DNA from: Patescibacteria group bacterium
Lineage (GTDB): Bacteria > Patescibacteriota > Minisyncoccia > Phycocordibacterales > UBA918
DNA length: 64,000 nt
Assembly: GCA_019750255.1 (NCBI GenBank)
Contig: JAIEOU010000001.1
Span: 36,006-100,005, forward strand
Direction of reading: 5' to 3'
The notes under the pieces are model-generated. The model was given only the letters and a program-made list of their open reading frames with translations. It was not told the DNA's origin and made no database searches. The translations under genes were made by a program, and so were the position numbers. This document shows, piece by piece, positions 37,310-47,772 of this stretch (positions are counted from its first letter, which is position 1; every line of letters begins with the position of its first letter).

Positions 37310-39411
37310 GTTTGCCATTCTAACCTCCCCACTCTTTGTCGTGGGTCTCGTTATAAAACTGTATGCGAGTGCCCTCTTTGCGTCGGAATACTTTACTGAC
37401 CTCTTTGTTCCGTTTCTTAAGTATTTTGCACAGACCGGCAACGACCCGTACGCGCACTTTTTCAGTCTCGGCATCCTGGGGGCCTTCCCCTACCCACAGC
37501 TGATGCTGTATCTCATGTCCTTGCCGGGACTCATTTTTGCACCCCTCCTTTCCTCGGGCACCTTTACGATTGCCCCGGGCGACCTCCTCCTTTACCGCCT
37601 CCCCCTCCTCTGTGCCGATATTGTTATCCTGCTCATCCTCGCGCGCTGGCTCCAACACCACCACCGGGCGCTCCTCATTTTCTATTGGTGCTCGCCTATT
37701 CTCTTTTATATCACCTACCTCCACGGCCAACTCGATGTGTTGCCAATTGCCCTGGTCTTTCTTTTTATCCACCTCCTCTTTAAGGAACGCTGGTTCTTAT
37801 CTGCCCTCCTCCTCTCGGCTAGTATTGCCACCAAATTCCACCTGGTGGTACTGCTCCCCTTTACCTTTATCTACCTTTGGCGCCACCTTGGTTTTGGTCG
37901 CAGGCTGCTCGGATTTTTTGCCACAGTGGCTAGCGGATTTTTCTTGGTCAATGCAGCGCAGCTATTCTCACCGGCCTTCCTGGCCATGGTCTTTAGTAAT
38001 CAAGAACAGACTAAAGTCTTTGACCTCTCCATCTCCTTTGGGACACCGTTTATTTTTTTATGTAGTACCGGCAGCCTTTGCCCTCCTCTTGCTCCACTAC
38101 CTGCGCCTCGAACGACACGGCCGAGACACCTTCGTCATGTTCCTTGGCTTTGCCTTTGGTATTCTCACCCTCTTTATTCCTCCCATGCCTGGGTGGTACT
38201 TCTGGGTGGTGCCATTCTTTGTCTACTTTGGCGTAAAGCACCAACGACGCTCCTTACTTCCCCTCGCCTGCTTAACCGTTGCCTATTTCCTCCACTTTAG
38301 TCTCTCACCGCAGAGTGATTACTTTGAACTGTTTGCGGTTATTGCCCCCAGTATTGCCGCGCTGCCAAACCCCTACGCCCTCCTCTCAAACGCCGGCCTC
38401 CCGGCAGCGCTACTAAGCAACCTGGCCTTTACCCTGCTGCAGGCTTGCCTCCTTGCAAACGTCGCGCTGATCTACCGCTATGGTGTTGAAGAAGGTCGCC
38501 GCAAAAAACTGTACAATGCACCCTTCCTCGTCGGTATTGCCGGTGACTCCGGTAGTGGTAAAACCACGCTCACAAGACTCCTTACCGATATCTTCGGCGC
38601 GCGCGACGTGGCAACTGTCGAAGGCGATGCTCTGCACCGCTGGGAGCGTGGTAACGAAATGTGGAAGACGTACACCCACCTCGACCCCAAAGCCAACGCG
38701 CTCCACGAAGACCTCGAGCACGTCACGCGGTTACGTGCCGGTGAGGATACGTTCAGGCGTCACTACGACCACAAAACCGGTACATTTACCGAAGCCGAAC
38801 GCCTACCGTCTAAACGCCTCATCCTCTTTGAGGGTCTCCATTCGTTTTATCTCACGAGCATGGCTACCCTTCTTGATCTCAAGGTGTTTATCATGCCGGA
38901 CGACACGCTACGGACGCACTGGAAACTGCTCCGCGATGTTGGCGAGCGCGGCTATAGCAAAGAGCGAGTCCTTGACCAACTCGCCGCCCGCGCGAAAGAT
39001 GCGGCCGACTATATCGCAAGTCAAGAACCGCTCTCGGATGTTACGTTCACCTTGCGCGCTGACAACGTTACGCCTGCCACCGTCGGTACCCCGATTGATT
39101 TGGCACTCTATCTCGAAGTACGGTGTAGCAACGCCATCAATGTCGACAGTCTACTCAATGAACTCGCAAAACAGCCACAGATCGAAGCTGAACACAAGTT
39201 TGTCGGTAAATCACAACTCATTCGACTCTACGGTTCCTGCAACGCCGAGACGATTGAACAACTCTCGTATCGACTCACCCCCGAACTCTACGATATGACC
39301 TTCCATGAACCCGGCTGGTCGGGTGGGTATAATGGTCTTATGCAACTTTTCCTCGTGTACTACATCTTTGCCTCCGTACGTCTTTCTAGTCATTATGAGC
39401 AAACACATTAA
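37260..39411 (+). CDS. polytopic membrane domain fused to a PRK/uridine-kinase-family P-loop kinase, with the reading frame interrupted at a T7 run
   Basis: ORF 37191..38300 reads as membrane helices up to ...FGTPFIF. The +1 frame (ORF 37537..39411) continues FYVVPAAFALLLLHY... through more TM helices into LVGIAGDSGSGKTTLTRLL (Walker A) and a PRK/UK-like core. The frames switch at tttattttttta, around 38051-38062. Confidence 0.6.
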
Positions 39412-40393
39412 AGACCTCATCACCCTCGCACAACACATTGGTGCGCGTCCCGACTATACCCAAGGCGGCGGGGGTAATGTCTCAATGAAAGACGCGGCAG
39501 CAATGCTGGTAAAAGCCTCAGGGCTTCGCTTGAGCGAACTCACGGATGCGTCACACTTCGTTACCATCGACCATAAGGCCGTACGCGACTGGCACGACGA
39601 GGTTATTCTTGAAACACCGCTCCCTGAACTGATTGCAGCCGGGGACAGCGCCATCAACGCCACTATCCTTGCGAGCGGTGGTGGTCGCCCTTCAATAGAA
39701 ACTGGCTTTCACGCCCTTCTTGGTGAGACCGTCCTTCACACCCACTCGGTCTACGCCAATATTCTTATGTGCGCGCACGAGGGTGAAGCGCTTATGCGCA
39801 CCCTCTTCCCGGAGGCTGCCTTTATTCCGTACAACACCCCGGGCGTCGCTCTTACCCTTGCTATCAAAGCAGCCGGAGCGACCGAAGGGAGCGATATCAT
39901 CTTCCTTGAAAACCACGGCCTCATTATCGTTGCCCCGACTCCCGATGAAGCGCAGAGGAAGCACGAAGAAGTAAACGAAAAGCTCCGACTCTACTTTGCA
40001 CTCACGGACTCCTACCCCACGCTCGCCATCGCATCAAATGAAACCGGCTGGGAAAGTAATTCGGTCGCTCTAAAGAATAGGATTATGGGGAACCCGGAGA
40101 CCCTCTTCACTTTTAAAGACACCATTCTCTTTCCCGACCAAGTAGTCTATGGCGACGCGATCAGTTACGAGCCCACCGCGCCCGACAAAATCACGATTGA
40201 CCCTGTGACCGGCAGCATTACTTATGCCTGTAGCGAAAAAGAAGCACTTGCCATTGAAGAGACACTCGCCGCCTGGCTCTACATTCACGACACCGTCACC
40301 GAAAAAGGCCTTACCCTCAAAACCCTAGCCGCAGCCGAAGGCGTTTTTATTGCTAACCTCGATAGCGAAAAGTACCGGAAAAGTATACTGTAG
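39395..40393 (+). CDS. class II aldolase/adducin-family protein (FucA/AraD/MtnB fold) with a roughly 120 aa C-terminal extension
   Basis: YTQGGGGNVSMK (GNxS motif), the zinc ligands ...LHTHSVY, and ENHGLIIVAPTPDEA. The start was taken at MSKHIKDL; the ORF track starts at 39305. Confidence 0.72.
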   Translation: MSKHIKDLITLAQHIGARPDYTQGGGGNVSMKDAAAMLVKASGLRLSELTDASHFVTIDHKAVRDWHDEVILETPLPELIAAGDSAINATILASGGGRPSIETGFHALLGETVLHTHSVYANILMCAHEGEALMRTLFPEAAFIPYNTPGVALTLAIKAAGATEGSDIIFLENHGLIIVAPTPDEAQRKHEEVNEKLRLYFALTDSYPTLAIASNETGWESNSVALKNRIMGNPETLFTFKDTILFPDQVVYGDAISYEPTAPDKITIDPVTGSITYACSEKEALAIEETLAAWLYIHDTVTEKGLTLKTLAAAEGVFIANLDSEKYRKSIL

Positions 40394-40397
40394 TCGC

Positions 40398-41294
40398 ATG
40401 CAACTCATCATTCCAATGTCGGGTCACGGTTCGCGTTTCGCGCGAGCGGGCTATACGGCGCCAAAGCCACTCATTGTTGTTGAAGGCAAACCCATCATCG
40501 CCCACGTGCTCGATATCTTTCCTGGTGAGACAAACGTTACTTTTGTGTGCAACAACAGCCACCTGACCACGACCGATATGCGGTCGGTACTTGAAGGACT
40601 GGCCCCGAGCGCTAATATCCGTGGGTACGAAACAGGCGAGGCACCGAAGGGCCCCATGGCAGCGGTTCAATCGGTCTACGACCTCATCGCCGATGAGGAA
40701 CCGGTGATAATTTCCTACTGCGACTACGGGCAAGAGTGGGACTACGAGGCTTTCAAGCGGGAGGTGAAAGAACGTGGGGTGGCTGGAGCGGTTCCGTCAT
40801 ACACCGGTTTTCACCCACACCTCCTTCACAAAAACCTCTATGGTGGCATTCTGGCCGACGCGAATAATCTACTTATTGATTACCGCGAAAAGTTTTCCTT
40901 TACCGAGAACCCGCAAGATTCGTACCACTCGGGTGGTGCCTACTACTTCAAAACCGGCACTCTAATGAAGCAGTACCACGACATCGCGAGTGCGCATGAC
41001 GAAACCCGTATTAACGGCGAGCACTACACGAGCATCCCCTTCTACTTTATGAAGGACGACGGGCTCCCCATCTACGTACCGGCCGTGACGCGCTTTATGC
41101 AGTGGGGTACGCCCGAAGACCTCGAAGAGTACGAGGCCTGGTCACGACTTGTGCACGAGCGGGAGGGTCTCGAAAAGAAACCGACTTACATCCCCCAGAG
41201 TCGTGAGGAGTTCGTTAAGATTCCGTACGCCGAGGGCACACCGGAATTTGCTCAGTGCTACGAGTATTGGTGCGCCCATTTCTGCAAAGAATAG
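40398..41294 (+). CDS. sugar-phosphate nucleotidyltransferase (RfbF/HddC-like)
   Basis: MQLIIPMSGHGSRFARAGYTAPKPLIVVEGKPIIAHVL matches the G-x-G-x-R...PKP...GKP nucleotidyltransferase motif. There is a C-terminal extension. Confidence 0.72.
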   Translation: MQLIIPMSGHGSRFARAGYTAPKPLIVVEGKPIIAHVLDIFPGETNVTFVCNNSHLTTTDMRSVLEGLAPSANIRGYETGEAPKGPMAAVQSVYDLIADEEPVIISYCDYGQEWDYEAFKREVKERGVAGAVPSYTGFHPHLLHKNLYGGILADANNLLIDYREKFSFTENPQDSYHSGGAYYFKTGTLMKQYHDIASAHDETRINGEHYTSIPFYFMKDDGLPIYVPAVTRFMQWGTPEDLEEYEAWSRLVHEREGLEKKPTYIPQSREEFVKIPYAEGTPEFAQCYEYWCAHFCKE

Positions 41295-41369
41295 TGCCTG
41301 TTACGGGAGGGATGGGCGCTACGCGCCCATCCTTTTTGCGTTTGTAACCCACCTCTATATAATGAGCGC

Positions 41370-42188
41370 ATGATTACAATCATTCCAATGGCTGGTCTTG
41401 GTTCACGATTTTCAAAGGACGATTATTTGCTCCCCAAGCCCCTCATTCCCGTCTCGGGTAAACCAATGATTACCCAGGTCATGCGTGGCCTCCCCACTGC
41501 CAGCAAAAGTGTCTTTATCGTTCGCACTGAACACATCGATCAGTTCACAATTGACGCACTTATTAAAGACCAAGTACCAAACGCTGAAATCATTCCGATC
41601 AACTACACCACTGAAGGCCAGGCCACTACCTGCCTCCTTGGACTTGAGGGGATCGCCGACGATGAGGAAATTTTCATCAATGCCTGTGACAACGGTTTTC
41701 TGTATGACGCAGCGAAATTTGACGAGCTCCGCGCCCGCGTGGACGTCGATTGTATTTTGTGGTCATTTACCAAAGACCCACTGTTGGTCGCTAAGCCCGA
41801 AGCCTGGGGCTGGGTTAAGCTCGAGGACGATAAAGAAACGATTGCTGACATGTCGGTAAAAATTCCGGTCTCCGACGACCCCTTTAACGACCACGCCGTA
41901 GTTGCTACTTTTTGGTTTAGGCGGGCTGGTGACTTCCGCGCCGCCTACGCCAAAATGGTAGAAGAAAACTACCGTATCAACAACGAGTTCTACGTCGACT
42001 CCCTGCCGATCTTCATGAAAAAGCTCGGTAAGAAGAGTGTCGTCTTCCCCGTTGACCTTTACGTGAGCTGGGGCAAGCCAGCCGACCTCCATCTCTACGA
42101 CCTGCGCGAGCACGAGTTCCGTATTAAAAAGGGTGAAGGCTACGACAACGCCCACTGGAACTCCTTCTTCACCGGACTCCTAGCCTAA
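41370..42188 (+). CDS. sugar-phosphate nucleotidyltransferase, a paralog of 40398..41294
   Basis: MITIIPMAGLGSRFSKDDYLLPKPLIPVSGKPMITQVM carries the same motif set. Confidence 0.72.
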   Translation: MITIIPMAGLGSRFSKDDYLLPKPLIPVSGKPMITQVMRGLPTASKSVFIVRTEHIDQFTIDALIKDQVPNAEIIPINYTTEGQATTCLLGLEGIADDEEIFINACDNGFLYDAAKFDELRARVDVDCILWSFTKDPLLVAKPEAWGWVKLEDDKETIADMSVKIPVSDDPFNDHAVVATFWFRRAGDFRAAYAKMVEENYRINNEFYVDSLPIFMKKLGKKSVVFPVDLYVSWGKPADLHLYDLREHEFRIKKGEGYDNAHWNSFFTGLLA

Positions 42189-42205
42189 TACGCCGCCAAT
42201 AAATA

Positions 42206-42246
42206 ATCACGACCCCGCGGGGCATAGTGTCCGGCGGGGTCGTGAT
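42206..42246. terminator. strong bidirectional hairpin between convergent genes
   Basis: A 13-bp perfect stem (atcacgaccccgc / gcggggtcgtgat) flanked by AT-rich tracts. Confidence 0.55.
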
Positions 42247-42265
42247 GTTATTTACAATTATTCTA

Positions 42266-42916
42266 TTACATCCCTGCCGCTTCCCACTGATGCGCTTCTT
42301 CAAGTGAGGTCATGACCGCGGTTGGTGCAAAGTGAAGCACTTTCATGTGGGCAATATAGTTTTGGATATCATCTGGCCTCCCCCAGCGCTCTGGGCACAC
42401 GAGACACGTCTTAAATCCTGCCAGGCGACGGACGATATCAGCATCGAGAGGCATCTTCGTATTGGTATCAATCCATACCCAATCAAGGAGCGGTGTCCCG
42501 TCTACCACCTGCGCTTCTACCGCCTCTATTGGCTCGGCCTCACTGTACCGTACGGCCATGGCGCGCACTCCTTCCTTGCGAGTGGCGCGGTAGAGGTACG
42601 GAAACTCAACATCAAGGAGGTACGACCACCCGAGTGACACTGGGTCGAGGTGCTGGTGTGCCAGCTCAAGGATACGCGCCTCGTACCCCGCTTCTTTGGT
42701 ATTAAAGATGATGCCACCCTGTATACCGAGTCGCACGTACTCCTTAAGAAAATATTCAAACGATAGGTACTCCACACCGGTCTTGAGTGGATCGTGGTTT
42801 AGGAACATCTGGTCGCCCATCCCCCGAATATCAATCTCCACCCCAAAGTGCTTTGGTACTTTTGCCAGTTTTTCTAAGGTATTCACTCGGTGTGCGTAGA
42901 TATGCATGTAAAACAC
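42266..42916 (-). CDS. putative phosphodiesterase of the GDPD/PI-PLC-like TIM-barrel family
   Basis: YAHRVNTLEKL...GVEIDIR...FLNHDP resembles the GDPD HR...E.D...HD pattern. The match is weak. Confidence 0.45.
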   Translation of the reverse strand: MFYMHIYAHRVNTLEKLAKVPKHFGVEIDIRGMGDQMFLNHDPLKTGVEYLSFEYFLKEYVRLGIQGGIIFNTKEAGYEARILELAHQHLDPVSLGWSYLLDVEFPYLYRATRKEGVRAMAVRYSEAEPIEAVEAQVVDGTPLLDWVWIDTNTKMPLDADIVRRLAGFKTCLVCPERWGRPDDIQNYIAHMKVLHFAPTAVMTSLEEAHQWEAAGM

Positions 42917-43212
42917 TTATATGGGTCGATGCCCTTAGCCTAGCATAAAAAGCAAGCCGTCCTGACCTAAGAAACCAACTTACGCGTGTGGTTTAAGACA
43001 GCACGGTAACGAATATTCCAAGTGCAAAATGACCATATGATCGAACACATCGTACGTAATGTCGAGCTCATCTAAGAACCACCGCCAATGTCACTTCCTA
43101 AGCAGCCGCCCAAATACAGCAGCTCACTGCTCCATATTAAAACATGTAAATTACAAATATCAAGAAACTACGCTCTCCATTTTAACGCTATACTTCAGGT
43201 TCAATTGCTTTC

Positions 43213-43599
43213 ATGACACTCACGCCTGATTTAAAAAAGCAGCTCTTCCGCTTCATAGTCGTTGGGTGCAGTGCGGTGGCCGCTGATTTTGTTAGCTATA
43301 CCCTCCTTCTCAATTTTTTTGATTATGCCCCCGCCAAAAGTATTTCATTTATTCTTGGCACCGTCGTAGCGTATGTATGCAATAAGTATTGGACGTTTGA
43401 AAAGCCCGAACATAAGAACTCCGAGGTTTTAAACTTTATCGTACTCTACACCACGACGCTCGGCGTTAATGTCGGGATTAATAACGCTTCCCTTCTCCTT
43501 TTTCCCGAACTGGTTATTTTTGCTTTTCTCTGCGCCACCGGAAGCAGTACTATCCTTAATTTCATAGGACAAAAATGGTGGGTGTTCCGTCATAGGTAG
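43213..43599 (+). CDS. GtrA-family membrane protein
   Basis: 128 aa with 4 TM helices. FRFIVVGCSAVAADFVSYTLLL...KYWTF matches the GtrA (PF04138) pattern. Confidence 0.8.
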   Translation: MTLTPDLKKQLFRFIVVGCSAVAADFVSYTLLLNFFDYAPAKSISFILGTVVAYVCNKYWTFEKPEHKNSEVLNFIVLYTTTLGVNVGINNASLLLFPELVIFAFLCATGSSTILNFIGQKWWVFRHR

Positions 43600-43651
43600 G
43601 TGCACGACCACTTCCGCCCTTACTTCTTCCTCCCAACACAACCTCACCTGC

Positions 43652-45493
43652 ATGACCCTCCTTACCCTCATCATTATCAATACGCTCTGCATACTGCTAG
43701 CGGTATACTTATGTATCCTGATTGGAGCGAAGATTTCGCGTCGCCTCCCTCTTTCTACCTTTTCGTCCCCTTATTTTAAGGTAGGGGTAGATTTTTATGT
43801 TGGCTGTACCGCTTTTGTTGGGGTTTGGCTTATGAGCAGTCTCATTGTTAAGAGTGTTGAATTAAGCCTCTACCTAACAACCGCTCTTTGTATCCTGCTC
43901 CTACCCTACCAAACACCTCGACTCCCGTCAGCCTCAAAAAAAACCCTCATGGTGATCGTGGGTGTCGTACTCGCAGTCCAGGCTATTGGCTTTTCCCGAG
44001 CACTGGACCCAATGCCTTTGTATTACGTAACGCAGCCTGAGCTCGTGGATCCCTTCTTTGGCTTTGGCACCGTGGTGCATAGTTTTCGCGCCGCTAATAT
44101 CACAGAGTTTATTACAGAACATGATCGCTTCCCGGTACTCGGCCAGCACACTTTTCAAGGGGTACTCGCAAGCCTGACGGCATTTTCAAAATTTCACTCG
44201 ACACAATTTTCACTGATTGTCTGGCTCAATCTATTTGCGGCATTTTCAATTCTCCTCGCATACGGTTTCCTCCGTCATTTTTTGAACAGATACAGAGCCC
44301 TTCTCGCGACACTTGCTGTCGCCCTGGGCAATACCCTCCTTTCCCCCTTTTATACGAGCATCACGGATACCGAAAGCGCGCTGTTACGTATCACGAACTT
44401 TGAAGCCCTCTTTGGGACGATGACAATATTCATTGCCATTGCAATTACTTATTGTATCGTCACCTCGCCTCACCGCCGGCTTTTGTATATACCTCATCTC
44501 ACCTTTTTTGTGTTTGGGTTTATTTGGAACATCTCAAGCGGACACATGATTGTTGTGTTATCGCTCGTCCTTTTGGCAACGATCATCTATTGCTACCTAA
44601 GGCACTACTCGCTTCGGGCAGCCTTCACACTCGGTTTCGCGCTGTGTCTTGGTGGAGTACTTGGAGCCGTTACCCTTGGCGGCATGTTTAGCAAGGGTAA
44701 CCCTGTCGCTATAGAAAAAATTCCCGGCATGATGAGCGTCATCAAGGAGGGTCAAGCACCCATTGCTCTGCGCTTCCCGAGAACGAGTGAAAGTGGGGTA
44801 CGCAATCCCGCAGAAATAAGAAACATTATATCTGCCCTGCGCCCCGGAACCGAACCGGCGCTCGCACCAATTTTTGAAAGCCCGACTGAAATAATTGCAC
44901 CGGCCGCACCCGCTGTACCACCCTCACTGACACAGCGGGTTAAAAACCACCCGATTACGTTTGGGGCAGCAAAAATTGTGCGCTCAGTGCAGGTTGTGTT
45001 CTTCCCGCTGCTCGGCATATTTTTGGGGTGGTACGTCTTACGTAAAAAGCTTGTGCCCCAAGCCCACACTGAACTATTTACCTATCTCACCGTTGTAACT
45101 TCCCTTACGTTCCTCTTCGGGTGGTGCCTATCTACGGTGTTTACCGTGTATGGCTATTACTGGGAGCTCAGTCGCTTTCTCTACTTGGGCGCATTTTTAA
45201 GCATGACGCTCTTGGGCCTCTCCACGGCTTTCCTCTACCCCACTTTTGGCACCCTTAGAAAAATTGGAGTGCTGTGCGTATTCATCTTTGTGTTGATGGG
45301 TCCGAGCCTCGACCTGACGCTCAAAAGTGTGGGTGACTTAGTTTTACCTCCTGAAGTTAAGCCCGATGTGATTTCGCTCATCCCCGAGGAGAACCAAAGA
45401 CCACTATCTAAATGGGAGCGATTTGAATTTTTAATCGACTCCAACCGGACGTACGGCAGTCAATTTTTCCAATTGCGAACTCCAATTGAATAG
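43652..45493 (+). CDS. large polytopic membrane protein (candidate GT-C-type glycosyltransferase), no family recognised
   Basis: 613 aa with at least 10 predicted TM helices and a proline-rich loop. It lies between gtrA and the GtrB-like GT2. Confidence 0.55.
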   Translation: MTLLTLIIINTLCILLAVYLCILIGAKISRRLPLSTFSSPYFKVGVDFYVGCTAFVGVWLMSSLIVKSVELSLYLTTALCILLLPYQTPRLPSASKKTLMVIVGVVLAVQAIGFSRALDPMPLYYVTQPELVDPFFGFGTVVHSFRAANITEFITEHDRFPVLGQHTFQGVLASLTAFSKFHSTQFSLIVWLNLFAAFSILLAYGFLRHFLNRYRALLATLAVALGNTLLSPFYTSITDTESALLRITNFEALFGTMTIFIAIAITYCIVTSPHRRLLYIPHLTFFVFGFIWNISSGHMIVVLSLVLLATIIYCYLRHYSLRAAFTLGFALCLGGVLGAVTLGGMFSKGNPVAIEKIPGMMSVIKEGQAPIALRFPRTSESGVRNPAEIRNIISALRPGTEPALAPIFESPTEIIAPAAPAVPPSLTQRVKNHPITFGAAKIVRSVQVVFFPLLGIFLGWYVLRKKLVPQAHTELFTYLTVVTSLTFLFGWCLSTVFTVYGYYWELSRFLYLGAFLSMTLLGLSTAFLYPTFGTLRKIGVLCVFIFVLMGPSLDLTLKSVGDLVLPPEVKPDVISLIPEENQRPLSKWERFEFLIDSNRTYGSQFFQLRTPIE

Positions 45494-45534
45494 CGGGGTA
45501 AATGCTTTCGCGAACAACTACCTTCACCTAACCT

Positions 45535-47763
45535 ATGAAGAAAACACTCCTCATCCTTTCCCTGATTGCCGTCTTTATCAGTACGGTTACAGCGTTCGCA
45601 CTCAGCGTCAAGACGATCTATAACGCCACCGGCGTAGCCGAACCAGTTACGATTACGCTTGGCGGAGTAGACAGTGCGCGAGACACGACGCAGGTGCAGG
45701 TAACTCGACTGAGTCGCGGCGGTGCGCAGTTTGGCATCGCTACGACCACAATAAACAGCTGGTCCACGAGTGAGTGGACGCGCGACATCCAGATTCGCCT
45801 CCCGACCGTTCTTTACGATGCGGGAATGTCGATTACCTTGACCGTAGGCAGAACTGAATACGAGCTTACGAGTCGGATGATGAGCGAGGGCCCCGTTAAT
45901 AGCGACACCTCACTGCTTGTAATCACGAAAGCCGACCTGGGGCGACCTCCTATATACATGCCATTTTTTGGCAGTATTTTAAATTGGCCAGGTGACGCGA
46001 CCGCCATCACTCGGGCATTCACGCACAATCTAGTGCTGGCACTTCTCTGCGGCATCATGAGTGCTATCGCGCTTTTTGGCTATCACTGGCTAAGCCTCCG
46101 CCCCTACACACCACCCGATGACAGAGTTCTTAAAAAACACATACGGTCGCTCACGGTAGTAGGCGCCTTTGTGCTCAGCCTCTTTTCATTAGCACTTTTT
46201 GTCTCAAGTGGGCCTACCGCCTATACGTGGCCCAGTCTTGATATGGGTCCCTATTTCGAGCGAGTAGAGAATCCAGATTTTCTTCCTAATGACTTTTATA
46301 CAAATTCTAGCAGTGCGCCTAGTCCCCGGCTGATTTTTGGGACGCTTATCACGAGTAGTGCGAGTCTTTTTAGTGCCGACTGGTACAAAACCTTGTTCTG
46401 GTATCGGGTCATGCTAGTGACATTTCTGCCGCCACTAATATTTTTAGCCCTGGTCAGTTTCTTTTGCCGCCGGGAATCAGTGATCCAAATCAAGGCCACC
46501 ATTCTCATTGGTATTGGTGTCGGATTGGCGCTCGTGCCATTATTTTCTGACCAGTTTACGGTTGCGCTGTGGCGCCCAATTGATCTAACCGTCACTCCCC
46601 ATGCCCTGGCGTTATGTATTGGTATGGCAGCCATGTACCTAAGCAATCATGGCTACCATCGATCAAGTTTGCCGGTGTGGTTTTTTGCCACCCTGATGCA
46701 CCCGGCGGTCGGACTTTCTCTCATTACCTTCTATGCCATCCTTACCTGGCAGTGGCAGAGACTGCGACTGATCGCAGTCATGGTAGCTGGAATACTCTTA
46801 CCGTTTGCCGCTTTACACCTTCTTTTTGCTGCCGACAATCCCCTCTCGGCAGCAGACTTTGTGTATCACTATGTACTTTCAAACCATCCGATTCACTACC
46901 TTCCCTCGCAGTTTGAAAGCTCAACCCTTTCTCCTTTTCCCTGGTACGTTCATTTTTTCTTTGTAAATCTATTACTGCTCTGCTTGACCGGCGCAGGCTG
47001 GTGGCAGAAGCAACGCTTCGTCGTAATTACTGGCGCCTTGGCACTGGCTTCGTACCTCGGGGCTGTCGCTCTGTGCTTTCTCTTCATCGAACTGTGGCCG
47101 ATTAAAAGTGTGGCTGTCCTTGGGCCGTCGCGCTACACACTCTTTGGGTACTGGTTCGTCGTGATGCTGACGAGTACCCTGCTAACCCTGGCACCGCTGC
47201 GATACTTTTTACCACGAATCCTTTTCTTTATTACCAAGACCCTCGATATGCGCTTCCTGCCTCAGCTTACGCTCACCATACTTGCGCTACTCGTCATCGG
47301 CGTCAGCACTCATCTAATTGATACCCCACAAACAACGTGGCGCGATAGGCATCAGGGGTTTTCCGCGTGGGTGGAGAACACGCCTGATAAGGCTGTGTTT
47401 GCGGCTAATTCCAATGCGTTTTTTGAGTACCTTATTAATACACCATTGACGCTACAGCGTTCGGTGCTCGCTGGAAACGGCTTTCCTTTCAGAGAAGATG
47501 ATTTCATCGAATACAATCGAAGGCGCTCCCTGCTCTACGGGAGCCCAGAGCATTGGGAGACCTTACCCGGCAGTTCATTCCAAATTAAATCAAACGTCCA
47601 TTTTCGCTCTTTGACCCCAAGCGATTTTAAGCGCATCAGCAGTCTCTACCCACTCGATTATGTCATAATAGAGCCGTCGTTTGCTCTGGCATTTCAATCC
47701 TATACCCCGACGTATAAGGACGAAACGGTGTATGTTTATTCAGTCGCAGACTTTAGACCGTAA
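45535..47763 (+). CDS. large polytopic membrane protein with an N-terminal signal peptide and extracytoplasmic domains (candidate GT-C-type)
   Basis: 742 aa with a signal peptide, a roughly 150-aa N-terminal soluble domain, about 12 TM helices and a roughly 150-aa C-terminal soluble domain. Confidence 0.55.
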   Translation: MKKTLLILSLIAVFISTVTAFALSVKTIYNATGVAEPVTITLGGVDSARDTTQVQVTRLSRGGAQFGIATTTINSWSTSEWTRDIQIRLPTVLYDAGMSITLTVGRTEYELTSRMMSEGPVNSDTSLLVITKADLGRPPIYMPFFGSILNWPGDATAITRAFTHNLVLALLCGIMSAIALFGYHWLSLRPYTPPDDRVLKKHIRSLTVVGAFVLSLFSLALFVSSGPTAYTWPSLDMGPYFERVENPDFLPNDFYTNSSSAPSPRLIFGTLITSSASLFSADWYKTLFWYRVMLVTFLPPLIFLALVSFFCRRESVIQIKATILIGIGVGLALVPLFSDQFTVALWRPIDLTVTPHALALCIGMAAMYLSNHGYHRSSLPVWFFATLMHPAVGLSLITFYAILTWQWQRLRLIAVMVAGILLPFAALHLLFAADNPLSAADFVYHYVLSNHPIHYLPSQFESSTLSPFPWYVHFFFVNLLLLCLTGAGWWQKQRFVVITGALALASYLGAVALCFLFIELWPIKSVAVLGPSRYTLFGYWFVVMLTSTLLTLAPLRYFLPRILFFITKTLDMRFLPQLTLTILALLVIGVSTHLIDTPQTTWRDRHQGFSAWVENTPDKAVFAANSNAFFEYLINTPLTLQRSVLAGNGFPFREDDFIEYNRRRSLLYGSPEHWETLPGSSFQIKSNVHFRSLTPSDFKRISSLYPLDYVIIEPSFALAFQSYTPTYKDETVYVYSVADFRP

Positions 47764-47772
47764 CCGTATACT

